Below are positions 17,447 to 26,880 of a DNA stretch of 64,000 bases, in pieces. Where the stretch lies: the IMG/VR virus record IMGVR_UViG_3300045988_025287, positions 32,001-96,000 of that record; one strand, written 5' to 3'. Position numbers and translations under genes: made by a program. Below the pieces are notes generated by a model. The model made no database searches. It was not told the DNA's origin and saw nothing but the letters and a program-made list of their open reading frames with translations. The stretch comes from a virus. Each line of letters starts with the position of its first letter. Positions within the stretch are counted from its first letter, which is position 1.

Positions 17447-17622
17447 GATATTTTGCTTGGTTTGACTCTAAACATGAAAGAACAGAGTTCATTAACTTAC
17501 TCAGATCAGCTAAATCTGATATTGATGCAGTTAATAAAGTGATGCAAAAATATCCAGAGTTAACTTTATCAGAAGTATCTGGAATAGTAAATAACTTTAA
17601 AAAAGAAATTAATCAACCATGA
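17437..17622 (+). CDS. Hypothetical protein (61 aa)
   Basis: Intact ORF. TGA stop overlaps the next ATG (ATGA). Confidence 0.6.
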   Translation: MRVRYFAWFDSKHERTEFINLLRSAKSDIDAVNKVMQKYPELTLSEVSGIVNNFKKEINQP

Positions 17623-18080
17623 GACTCAATCATCCTGGTATCTACAGAATTGTAGGTGAAAACTTTGAGCTTCTTGCCAATATAATTGGAGAAGTTCCTT
17701 GTATGAGAATTACTTCTGCACTATTAGTTAATAACTTAGTACAGAAAGGAGAATTTACTATACTTCCTGAAGACTCTATTGAAATTCAGAGCGTATTAGC
17801 GAATCCCGACAAATTTGTTTTTCTAGAGTATGAATACTCAGAAATATGTTCATTACCATCTTATCGTCAATCGATTCATGGTACAAAAATGCCCGCTATA
17901 ACTGACGAACAGTTAAAGACATTTACTAATAAATACCTTGAAGATATTGGAATATATGGACGAGGTGTAGCCGCAACTAAAGCTTATATATTAGAGACTA
18001 CAGGTTGGTCATTAGCCCAAATTAATGTAGTACTAATGAAAATAGCTAAAAGAGTAAAGCAGCAATATGTTAATTTATAG
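17619..18080 (+). CDS. Hypothetical protein (153 aa)
   Basis: Intact ORF. TAG stop with a backup TAA at 18114. Confidence 0.7.
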   Translation: MRLNHPGIYRIVGENFELLANIIGEVPCMRITSALLVNNLVQKGEFTILPEDSIEIQSVLANPDKFVFLEYEYSEICSLPSYRQSIHGTKMPAITDEQLKTFTNKYLEDIGIYGRGVAATKAYILETTGWSLAQINVVLMKIAKRVKQQYVNL

Positions 18081-18459
18081 TTTGACAAACCATATATATA
18101 CCACTTGGGGAGTTAAATATAGTTCATTTAACTGGCGACCTGAGTGGTATACCTTTTTAAGAATACAAAAAAGGGAATTAAAAGAACTAGAATTTCATGA
18201 ATCTTATAAAGTTCAAACTGTAAAATATTTAATATTTTGGTTTGATAATAGGATAATACAAAAGATAGGAGTCGATAAAGATTTAACTCTAAAGGTTCGT
18301 ATAAGAATATTATGTGGATTAATTAATAATACTCCTACTAGTGTACTTACTAGACCTATGAAAATAGAATTCATGGAATGTATATGGGATACTTATAATA
18401 AATTCTACAAAGATTGGTATGAATATTATTGTAGGAATGTACTAGAATTGCCATTTTAA
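18067..18459 (+). CDS. Hypothetical protein (130 aa)
   Basis: Intact ORF. Confidence 0.65.
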   Translation: MLIYSLTNHIYTTWGVKYSSFNWRPEWYTFLRIQKRELKELEFHESYKVQTVKYLIFWFDNRIIQKIGVDKDLTLKVRIRILCGLINNTPTSVLTRPMKIEFMECIWDTYNKFYKDWYEYYCRNVLELPF

Positions 18460-18507
18460 GTCTATAGAGTCTTGGTTGACTCTATAGGCACACTAAAGCC
18501 CGTAATT

Positions 18508-19068
18508 ATGACAGATGAAGAAAGACAACAGCTTTTAGATCTGATCAAGCAGGCTAAAGAAGGTAAACAATATGCCTTCACACAGCTTTATAATCGTTAT
18601 CACAGAATTATATACAATACTATATATAATATTGTACACAATAAGGATGTAACAGATGATTTAGTATCTGTAACGTTTACTAAAGCTTTCTTTAAGATAG
18701 CTAGTTATATTAATCATATTTCATTTGAAATGTGGTTAAAAACTATCGCTATAAATAGTAGTATTGATTATATACGACGTACTAAAAAAGAGAAGTATGA
18801 TTATGAGTTAGATAATGATAATAACTGTCTACAGGTAAGCAGTTCGGCCGACAGCTCACCAGAAGATGTCTACATCTATCATGAGACGGATAGTAAGTTA
18901 TCTGATGCACTAAACAGACTTCGCTATAAGTATAGGTATATACTTGAACTACGCACAGTTCAGAATCTCTCTTACAAGGAGATTGCTGAACATCTTGAGC
19001 TCTCTGAGTCTCAAGTAAAATCTCGCCTTAATAAAGCGAGAGAGAAATTAAAACAATTGTTAAACTAA
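18508..19068 (+). CDS. ECF-type sigma-70 family RNA polymerase sigma factor
   Basis: Region-2-like YNRYHRIIYNTIYNIVHNKDVTDDLVSVTFTKAF and region-4 HTH LSYKEIAEHLELSESQVKSRLNKAREKL. The ATG at 18508 is preferred over the TTG at 18472 used by the track. Confidence 0.8.
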   Translation: MTDEERQQLLDLIKQAKEGKQYAFTQLYNRYHRIIYNTIYNIVHNKDVTDDLVSVTFTKAFFKIASYINHISFEMWLKTIAINSSIDYIRRTKKEKYDYELDNDNNCLQVSSSADSSPEDVYIYHETDSKLSDALNRLRYKYRYILELRTVQNLSYKEIAEHLELSESQVKSRLNKAREKLKQLLN

Positions 19069-19084
19069 AAAACATTTACTAATT

Positions 19085-19456
19085 ATGACACCAGCAATTA
19101 TTGGGCTATTAACTGTAGCATTTATCCTTGCACGGTTATTCCGTAGTACAGGAATGTGGTGGAAACTTGTTTTCGCCATTATGGCTGGTCTATTAGTAGG
19201 TATTTTAAGTAAGGAAGTAGTTAAGTCAGATAATGATAAGACTACTTCTCTTACTAGTTTAGTTAGCACCATGAGTAATGATGATGCTTTAACATGCATG
19301 CAAAGCTTAGTAGCTACAGTGACAGAAGGTACTACCATTCGCCTTACTGGGGTTGCAGGTTACATTGTTAAAGATGAAGAATTATTCGATGCACTAACTA
19401 AAAGTAATACCTTTACTAATGGACGTGACTCACCAGAAATAGAGGATGATAGTTAA
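19085..19456 (+). CDS. Membrane protein directly downstream of the sigma factor (possible anti-sigma partner)
   Basis: Two N-terminal hydrophobic helices, then a soluble domain. 16-nt spacer after the sigma gene. The functional link rests on position only. Confidence 0.6.
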   Translation: MTPAIIGLLTVAFILARLFRSTGMWWKLVFAIMAGLLVGILSKEVVKSDNDKTTSLTSLVSTMSNDDALTCMQSLVATVTEGTTIRLTGVAGYIVKDEELFDALTKSNTFTNGRDSPEIEDDS

Positions 19457-19531
19457 CCTCTTAAACTAATCCATCTTTTTAATTGTACTTAATAATAACT
19501 TTTATTTTAACACTTTAAAACATTATCAAAA

Positions 19532-21046
19532 ATGGCAAAAGAAATGAGTAAGGCTGAAAGAAAGGCAGCCTTGAAAGCAGCAAAAGCAGCAGCAAAAGCT
19601 GAAGCTAAAGTAAACAACACTGAGAACAAGAAAGAGGAAACTAATCCTCAGGTAGATAACAAGCCGAAAGATGCTAAAGTAGAGGATGCAAAGAAAGCTC
19701 CTACTACAGCTAAGGAAACTAAGGTTCAGGCGAAGAAGGATGCCCCTAAAAGTCCGGATAAGCCTAAGAAGAAGGAAGAGAAAATTCCTACAATCATTCC
19801 TGAAGATGCAACAGGTAAGAACAGCCCTGAAAAGAAAGCTGTAGAACGTGCTGCAAACCTTATCACAGGAATTCCTACGGCCGGTATACCTATTGGTTCA
19901 AGAGAATCATCTGTTGATGGTAAGGCTATGTTAGCATTTGTAATGCAACAGCGTTATGCTAACAATGAAGAACTCAAGAAGCAATATCCTGAGTTATATG
20001 CAGACATCAATCGTAGCATTGATGTAGTTACTTTGTTAGCTCTTGTCGATGTACGTCAAGACTTGTTCGACCGTGGTGAACGTGGCGAATTGCAGTTACA
20101 GATAGCTGCAGACCAAGTATTACCGCTGCAAAGTATGGCAGAAATGCTAGGTATTAAACTAGCTCCTGCTAAAGCTCTGCCTGGGAATGATGGGCAAATG
20201 TCTATTAACTTCTCAGAAAGTGAAGTACCTACAGAACTTGCAAACAGCAAGCCAAAAGTAGAAATTCCAGAGCTTGATCCTAACAAGATTACTAATGATG
20301 AGGAATTGAAAACTGCCCTTAATTACCTCATCTCTAAAGAGAAGAATGTGGCAGAAAATATAGTTAACACTGTAGAATGGTATCGTGTATATCGCGGCCT
20401 GAAAGAAACTAATGCAGATAAGAAGCTTGCATTAGACGAAAAGACAGTTACAGATTGGATTAATGAGATATTCTCTATTATCCAACCTACAGCCATCTTA
20501 CGTGGTTTAGGTCGTGCTGTATACTTATATACTTCACAGACAGGTTCACCGTGTATGGCTCACTCTATCATGCATACACATATGTCTAAGGCTGGTTGGA
20601 GTGAAGAACAAGTAGCAGAAGCATTACGTGCTTTAATTGGAGAAAACTTCCGTTATAAACTGAAGGATGATCCTGAAGCAAAGCCTGAAGAAGATAAAGC
20701 AATTAATGCTATTACTGGCTTACTAGGCAATGACTATATTGATAAGTTATTTGCCGACTATACTATTACTACTGATGGTGTAGAAGACAGTAAGAAAGTT
20801 GAACTTGAAGCTGCACGTGAAGTTGCCCGTAAGGTTCTAGGGAGTATTCGTACCAATTACTTTGACAAACAGAAGGAGACTCCTACGCTTGATAAGATGC
20901 GTATGGTAGTAGGTCAGATTATTAATCTGTATCGAAATCCGGCTGATCGTCTTGCAGAGTATTGTCAAGGAGATTTAATCGCTCCAAAGGAAGACGAATA
21001 TCCTAAGAATGAAGAGAAATCTGAAGGGACTGAAAAAAAAAACTAA
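19532..21046 (+). CDS. Hypothetical 504-aa protein with Lys/Ala/Glu-rich N-terminal ~100 residues
   Basis: Intact ORF. The AKAAAKAEAK...KKDAPKSPDKPKKKEEK low-complexity head resembles histone-H1-like basic repeats. Confidence 0.85.
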   Translation: MAKEMSKAERKAALKAAKAAAKAEAKVNNTENKKEETNPQVDNKPKDAKVEDAKKAPTTAKETKVQAKKDAPKSPDKPKKKEEKIPTIIPEDATGKNSPEKKAVERAANLITGIPTAGIPIGSRESSVDGKAMLAFVMQQRYANNEELKKQYPELYADINRSIDVVTLLALVDVRQDLFDRGERGELQLQIAADQVLPLQSMAEMLGIKLAPAKALPGNDGQMSINFSESEVPTELANSKPKVEIPELDPNKITNDEELKTALNYLISKEKNVAENIVNTVEWYRVYRGLKETNADKKLALDEKTVTDWINEIFSIIQPTAILRGLGRAVYLYTSQTGSPCMAHSIMHTHMSKAGWSEEQVAEALRALIGENFRYKLKDDPEAKPEEDKAINAITGLLGNDYIDKLFADYTITTDGVEDSKKVELEAAREVARKVLGSIRTNYFDKQKETPTLDKMRMVVGQIINLYRNPADRLAEYCQGDLIAPKEDEYPKNEEKSEGTEKKN

Positions 21047-21117
21047 ACTGGTTTAAAAAGTTTCTTTTAAAAATTCATATCTTAGAAGAATAACCATTCT
21101 AATAAATATCATATCAA

Positions 21118-21519
21118 ATGAATAATAGAATGTTAACTGTAGTTGGAATGTTTGTTGTCAGTGTATTCATTGGTAGGCAAATGTTTGCAACTACAGAAGT
21201 TATACAGGCACAGCCTGTTATACCCTCTATAGTGGAGTTACCTAACTTCCCTAAAGTAATAAAAGAGGAGAAAAAGTCTGTAGATGAGATAAATGTCGAA
21301 GTCGACTTATCTACATTAGAAGTATCTGTGAAAGGAACAACAGACGCAAAAGTGAATGTAAAAACTACTGGTGAACCAAAGCCAGTAGTTAAGTGGAAAA
21401 CTAAAGTAATAGAGAAGACGAATTCAACAGGATATCCGAAAGTAAAAGCTATAAGTAAGGTATCTGATGACGAATCACCGGCAACTCCATTAACAATAGT
21501 AGATAAATATGAACAATAA
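21118..21519 (+). CDS. Hypothetical protein with N-terminal TM/signal-like segment
   Basis: Intact ORF. Confidence 0.7.
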   Translation: MNNRMLTVVGMFVVSVFIGRQMFATTEVIQAQPVIPSIVELPNFPKVIKEEKKSVDEINVEVDLSTLEVSVKGTTDAKVNVKTTGEPKPVVKWKTKVIEKTNSTGYPKVKAISKVSDDESPATPLTIVDKYEQ

Positions 21520-21931
21520 AATTATACTTCAACAGATGATACGTCTATCACGTATCATTAAGGACTCAAGAGAAGCAAGAGCTAAATTGAATTCTATTCA
21601 AGCTCAAACTGAATACTTTATAGTAGAAGGTAATCAGTCTACTTTTATTAGAGACCAAGCTAACAGTAGTATAACTAATTGTTTATATGTAGAACAGTAC
21701 TTACGTTCGTCTGTAAGTAATGCTTGTAAATGTTTGGATGGTTTTGATGCTTCAAAAATGGAACCAATAGACTACATCAGTAGTAGTGATGTAAAAAATA
21801 AGTTTGTCGACATATGTCTAGGTAAGAAAGTAGTAGCTTCTATTAATCTTACCACTGGTGAAATAATAAGCATCAATACACCAAAACAAGGATTAACGGC
21901 TAAAGATGACAGCCCTACGGTAAAAAGTTAG
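21509..21931 (+). CDS. Hypothetical protein (140 aa)
   Basis: Intact ORF. Ends TAG-TGA-TAA-TAA (21929-21940). Confidence 0.7.
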   Translation: MNNKIILQQMIRLSRIIKDSREARAKLNSIQAQTEYFIVEGNQSTFIRDQANSSITNCLYVEQYLRSSVSNACKCLDGFDASKMEPIDYISSSDVKNKFVDICLGKKVVASINLTTGEIISINTPKQGLTAKDDSPTVKS

Positions 21932-24037
21932 TGATAATAACCGTATAATAAATACTATAATTATATCACAGTTCGAGAGGAGTAAAACTATAGCGTAAAT
22001 CACTCCGAGGAAGTCATGCGGTAAGGTATATAATAATACTGGTCGCACCTGTCAGGGAGTTTGGAATCATTTCTCCATAGCCCGAAAAGTTACATGATCC
22101 GAGAATATGTTAGCAGCTAAAACTGTGAGATTACTCAAAAGGTAGGATGTTAGCTTATGTAATTGAAAACTACATAAGAGGGGATAAGCGTGTACAATCC
22201 TCATTAGGAAGTGAGAACCGTTTGGAGACTTCTAAAGACGCAGTACTAAAGAGAAGACACACTGAGTGCTAAACAGTACAAAGGGAACGAAATCCCTATA
22301 TCCGTATTAGTTTATCAAAAGCAGAATCAAAAAGGGATATAAACACGATGACGAAACAGGGACAATACGGTTCCTGACTTATTCCTTTGGAAAGAATAAG
22401 TAAAGCCGAGAGGCAAAGGTTAGTTTCACCTTAAGAAGCAGCCAGCTCGTGGAAAAAAAGAGATTGCAGATAACGCATTACCGGTCTCCAAAATCGGTTA
22501 ACAAAAGCGCTACTGTGCGTCCAGAAAGGGAAACAGGCTAACTCTAGTGTTCAGTATACATCAGCTGTGATGCAATATGCAATTGTGGATATTGGAACTT
22601 ATACTTATGAAGGGAGTAAACTACTAATACTAATGTAAGGATAACCGTGTTATGGTACATACTTATACAAAGTAAGGATATGAAAGCTGGAAACGCAATG
22701 ATCCAAGAATTAAACGTGCAAACGTTAAAGCTTGACTGATTAACGTGGAGCAGGAGCCAATCCTGTACATTATCGTAAATAGTGTGCTGTAAAAGAACTT
22801 ACGTATAAGGGATGAGGTATATGAGATTGATACCATCTTTCAAGTCTAAGGTGACTCATGAGTTTTGTCGTGTAGATGAGTATAATGTATGAGAAATGAC
22901 GAGACTAAAATATAATAGTCTAAAATGCGAGTATGAGGGCGCTATAACCCTGAACTTAGAAGCGGACACCTTTAGCAAGTGTTATTACGTGGTAATAAAT
23001 AAGATTAGGAGATGCAGAGAAAACTCCTTGTAAAAAACGGCAGAGCTTAAGCATTTCAAGATATGTAAATGCCTTTGATTTATTATGCTAGTTCACACCA
23101 GAATTTTGGATAATAAACATCGTTATGGATTAAGGAAGTAAATAGAGTTATTAAAGATGCTTTAGAGTTAGAATCCTAAAACCAGTTTAGTAATAATTAT
23201 AGTATATGATGATATACTTAATGAATCAATTTTACTTACGCTGAGTAGAGTCAGCTATGACAAAATGAACTCTAATTATTTAACTTTTTAATTAATTGGG
23301 AAGTCCAATGATAGTACAGAGATTTCAAACTACTATTGTAAAGTAGGAGTTAAGGAGTACGAGTCACCCCGACTGCCAACCGACATTGCTGACTGTTAAG
23401 ACACTCGTAAAGTACAATGCGCAACATTGTATGTGAGAGAACGCTGAGTCGTTAGTTACCTGTGTTGTTTCTTACACTGTCTCTGTAAGGGCAATAGTAC
23501 ACTTATGATGAAAGTATTCCATAAGCAAACAAGGAGACGATGATAGGTGGAAATCCTAATGTTCGTGCAGTATAAACAAACAAATCCTGGAAATGGTATA
23601 GATGGGTCATGCTATAAGCAATGAGTCTATGATTTTAGTAATGTTAGATTAAACAACCGTAATTCTAGCGAATTTCGATAATATCCGGACATACTCAGTA
23701 GGTTCTAAGGAACTGATGATAAAGTGGCTTATATCGCATCTAATCGCGTTATACGCTTACGGTGAGGGGTGCGTTAAGCATCGAAGGAATTGAATCTTAA
23801 CCGTCGAAACGGGACGTTAAAACAAAAAATATCAGAAATTATCAGAAGTAACTCACAGAGTATTTCTCATAAATTTTCAATTTATTATTTTTATGCTTAG
23901 TAGATTATGTGATTGAGTTCACCTATTCCAATTTTGAATAGCTATTAAATAATCGAACGGTGGAGAGACTTTAACAATTTTTTGTATAACTATGTTCGTA
24001 TTGGTATATCAAGTACGGACTCAAAAAGGAACATTTT
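21932..24037. ncRNA. ORF-free G+C-rich island I (2.1 kb), probably two or more structured RNAs
   Basis: No ORF of 60 codons or more in any frame. An AT-rich spacer at about 23160-23300 splits it into parts of roughly 1.1 kb and 0.55 kb. Hairpin GCATTT/AAATGC plus T-rich tail at 23051-23084. The GGGACGTTAAAA motif at 23811-23824 is shared with islands E and F. Confidence 0.4.
23830..23847 (+). promoter_or_regulatory. TATCAGAA direct repeats (2 copies, 10-nt phase)
   Basis: TATCAGAAATTATCAGAA is identical to 31970-31987. About 190 nt upstream of gene 24038. Confidence 0.5.
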
Positions 24038-24664
24038 ATGGAAAATAATATTAATGGAGCTAACACTCCGGGTTTAGCAGCTCAAATTTTAGCTCGCTAT
24101 CGGCAAACAGCCCAGAAGTTTGGGCCTTTCTTTGGACAGCAGATATTTACAATCGTAGCACAGACTCCTGACCTTAAGTGGAAAGAAGATGTAGCTACAG
24201 GTAAGAATACTTTCCGTCAGGAAGTAAAAGCTTATATTCTCAAGGCTATTGATGTTGAGTCAGTTAGTTTACTTGAGAAGGATGTTGATGGACGTCCGAA
24301 AATCATCTTGAATGAAAAGAAGAATGATCCATCATTAGTTTTTGAGCTTGCTGATCCTGAATTTACTAAAGCAACCCGGCAGAATGTAATTGAATGTATT
24401 GAACGGTTGAGTAAACCAGGCTCTAAGCCTATGTTCTTTACAGCTGAAGAACTTCCTATGTTGAATGACTTAACTAAGTTATCCAACCAGAGTGTGTTGA
24501 ACTTCTATGAAGAAATGACACGTAAGTGTATGCAGTTAGCTGAAACTGTCCGTGGTTATATGGATATGAATCAGCGTATGCAGGTTGAGTATTTACGGCA
24601 GTGCGGTTTAGATAATCAGGAAACTGAAATTCACGTAACTGCTACAATTACTGAAGAAAAATAG
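24038..24664 (+). CDS. Hypothetical protein (208 aa), ends in TAG-TAG
   Basis: Intact ORF. The next ORF is in the same frame, 4 codons later. Confidence 0.75.
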   Translation: MENNINGANTPGLAAQILARYRQTAQKFGPFFGQQIFTIVAQTPDLKWKEDVATGKNTFRQEVKAYILKAIDVESVSLLEKDVDGRPKIILNEKKNDPSLVFELADPEFTKATRQNVIECIERLSKPGSKPMFFTAEELPMLNDLTKLSNQSVLNFYEEMTRKCMQLAETVRGYMDMNQRMQVEYLRQCGLDNQETEIHVTATITEEK

Positions 24665-24673
24665 TAGAAGCTT

Positions 24674-25237
24674 ATGAACGGCAGACTTTCTTCATTACGT
24701 GTAGAACTTCTGCGAATTCTAATATGTTCTGAGCCAGCCATATTGTCTAAAATTCAGATTTGGAATGGAGGACGTACAGAAACGCCTAAAAAAGTAAGTA
24801 TTAGAGAAGATGGACGGGTCTTCCTATTTTACGGAAGTGGGCCATTATGGTGGCAAAGATTATTTAATACTTATGAATCGGTAAGTATTATAGATGCTTC
24901 TATTAGTATAGCAGATGCAATCACTGGGTCGAATTCGACTCGAAATGAATTTGCTTTTAACGAGATTACTAAGAGTATAATCGACGAAGCAAAGAAACGT
25001 AAGGATTTCGATTGTATTGTTGATATTTTGTTTGATTGTATGAGGAATTGTTCAGATGGGGAACTACATTCCAAATGGATTAATCAAGAGAATATCAAAA
25101 AATATGCAAGAGAAAATGGTATAACCAATGTTGAAGACATTAACCTTGAAGGGCTTAATGGAATAGTTGGAATTAAGACTGGTGGACGGGTTATTCCTAT
25201 AGTACTCGGCCAGTTAAGAAAATTTAGAAAATATTGA
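24674..25237 (+). CDS. Hypothetical protein (187 aa), or C-terminal half of a 399-aa readthrough product
   Basis: Same frame as 24038..24664, separated only by TAG TAG AAG CTT. Confidence 0.7.
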   Translation: MNGRLSSLRVELLRILICSEPAILSKIQIWNGGRTETPKKVSIREDGRVFLFYGSGPLWWQRLFNTYESVSIIDASISIADAITGSNSTRNEFAFNEITKSIIDEAKKRKDFDCIVDILFDCMRNCSDGELHSKWINQENIKKYARENGITNVEDINLEGLNGIVGIKTGGRVIPIVLGQLRKFRKY

Positions 25238-25268
25238 TTTGGATATTATCTTAAAACAACATAATTTC

Positions 25269-25319
25269 ATAGTACTGAACTGGGTACTATTTATAGTAAT
25301 TACTGCTGAATTGGGCAGT
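25269..25319 (+). other. Two similar stem-loops with loop TGAA(C/T)TGG just upstream of tRNA-Arg
   Basis: ATAGTAC-TGAACTGG-GTACTAT (25269-25290) and ACTGC-TGAATTGG-GCAGT (25302-25319). Confidence 0.5.
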
Positions 25320-25330
25320 TATTACTACAC

Positions 25331-25404
25331 AGTTCCTTAGCTCAACTGAATAGAGCAACACACTTCTAATGTGTAGGTTATGGGTTTGAATCCCATAGGA
25401 ACTA
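25331..25404 (+). tRNA. tRNA-Arg (anticodon UCU)
   Basis: Acceptor AGTTCCT/AGGAACT, D stem GCTC/GAGC, anticodon stem ACACA/TGTGT with loop CTTCTAA, T arm ATGGG-TTTGAAT-CCCAT. Confidence 0.9.
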
Positions 25405-25459
25405 CTACTGGTAGATGTAGTTTGGTCGAGTATTTAACATTTAAAAAACATTAATCAAT

Positions 25460-25987
25460 ATGAAATCAATTACATCAATATATTTGCTCGGAGATAAGAA
25501 TAAAGGTAAAATCGGTCGTATTAAGGAAATTTCTAATGAAATTACTTTCTATTGGAATAAGATTAAAGAAGAAAATGTTATTCCGAAAGAAGCTAAACGT
25601 AATTATGACTTAAAAGCATTACTTCAGAAGATTGAAGCTCTATCTGAAGAACGTATATTATTAAAACTGTATATGCAGTGTATTAATATGGGTTATAAGA
25701 AGTTTACAGAATTACCAAAGGATAATAATTATCTTAATATCTTTACTTTATGTGAAAAGACTGAACAGCTGTTTCATTTAAGTAAGATCAAGACTCTTGA
25801 TCCGAAGCTTAAGCGTTCTAAAGGAAAGAAGAACTTAGATAAAACTGAAGAACTTACTTCAGCTTATATTGCAGGTCTAAAAAATAAATTACAATTAGAA
25901 ATTAACAAAATTAATAAAGATATTACAGATTTTAATGAGAAGGCAGAGCTTAACATTGAAGCTCCAGCTTTATCATTAGCTGCATAA
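25460..25987 (+). CDS. Hypothetical protein (175 aa)
   Basis: Intact ORF. Confidence 0.75.
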   Translation: MKSITSIYLLGDKNKGKIGRIKEISNEITFYWNKIKEENVIPKEAKRNYDLKALLQKIEALSEERILLKLYMQCINMGYKKFTELPKDNNYLNIFTLCEKTEQLFHLSKIKTLDPKLKRSKGKKNLDKTEELTSAYIAGLKNKLQLEINKINKDITDFNEKAELNIEAPALSLAA

Positions 25988-25992
25988 ATAAT

Positions 25993-26019
25993 GTTTAAAG
26001 GGGGAATCCCCCTTTAAAC
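25993..26019. terminator. Perfect 12-bp palindromic hairpin with 3-nt loop
   Basis: GTTTAAAGGGGG-AAT-CCCCCTTTAAAC immediately after the stop of 25460..25987. No clear U-run, so its terminator function is uncertain. Confidence 0.4.
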
Positions 26020-26048
26020 TAGTATTAACAATTTAATTATCAAAAATT

Positions 26049-26840
26049 ATGAAAAAGATATTAGCAAAGAAAAATAATAGAACCGGTATAAAGAACCATA
26101 GAAGTAACAAGAATAAGTTTCGTAGAAGCTATAAGGCTTATCAAATAATGACGGTAAGCAAGAAACCGGGACCATCTGGAGTCATTAAATATGACGAGAA
26201 TGGGAAAGTAATAGGATTTGTAAAGTGGGCAGGAAATAAGAAGCAATCTGAATATACCACTAAAGTAGCAAAAGACGCTATGAATGAAAACAAATCTATA
26301 AAACAATCTAAAAAAGAATTAATCAAGAATATTCTTATGAAAGCAGGATATGATCCTACAATACGATATACCCGTAAAGAGAAGAAACATTTTACGCGTA
26401 TAGTTAAGAACAATATGTTCACTAAACCTAAAGCTATTACGTTAACAACTGAACAAATCAAAGAGAAGATAAAAGCAGATAAACTTGCAAGAAAATCTAT
26501 GCAGGCTAAATTTGATGAGTCAGTACGTAGTAATCCTTTAACTCCTAAGAAAGGTAAACAGACAGCTCCTAGTGCTGCAGAGTTGTCTATTAAAGAAAAG
26601 CCTAATAAAAGAAATTTCCAATATGCTATACAAAGAAGATGCTCTGATAACGATATGAAAGTATACGATTTTGCTACTGGAAACTTTGAAGCATCTACCA
26701 GAGATGAAGCAAAGAATAAAGCTGCTAAATTAGCTAAAAAGTACAAGAAAGATACATCATTTACAGGAGTAACAGTAAAGGATATTGAAGGAGATAACAG
26801 TATAACTTATTATAGTCGTAATAAGTTATTAGCAGCATAA
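26049..26840 (+). CDS. Very basic Lys-rich protein (263 aa)
   Basis: Intact ORF. The antisense ORFs on the minus strand were rejected. Confidence 0.8.
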   Translation: MKKILAKKNNRTGIKNHRSNKNKFRRSYKAYQIMTVSKKPGPSGVIKYDENGKVIGFVKWAGNKKQSEYTTKVAKDAMNENKSIKQSKKELIKNILMKAGYDPTIRYTRKEKKHFTRIVKNNMFTKPKAITLTTEQIKEKIKADKLARKSMQAKFDESVRSNPLTPKKGKQTAPSAAELSIKEKPNKRNFQYAIQRRCSDNDMKVYDFATGNFEASTRDEAKNKAAKLAKKYKKDTSFTGVTVKDIEGDNSITYYSRNKLLAA

Positions 26841-26880
26841 AAAACTAATAATATTTCTGTTTCCATGTTTTAAACTGGTT

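Noticed and set aside
14498-20286. Minus-strand ORFs 14498..14707, 14704..15015, 19060..19338 and 20056..20286
   Set aside because: Each lies antisense to a longer plus-strand ORF within a strictly co-directional gene block and lacks its own start context.
26061-26746. Minus-strand ORFs 26061..26306 and 26141..26746
   Set aside because: Antisense to the Lys-rich gene 26049..26840. Their Leu/Phe/Ser-rich translations are the mirror image of AAG/AAA-rich coding sequence.
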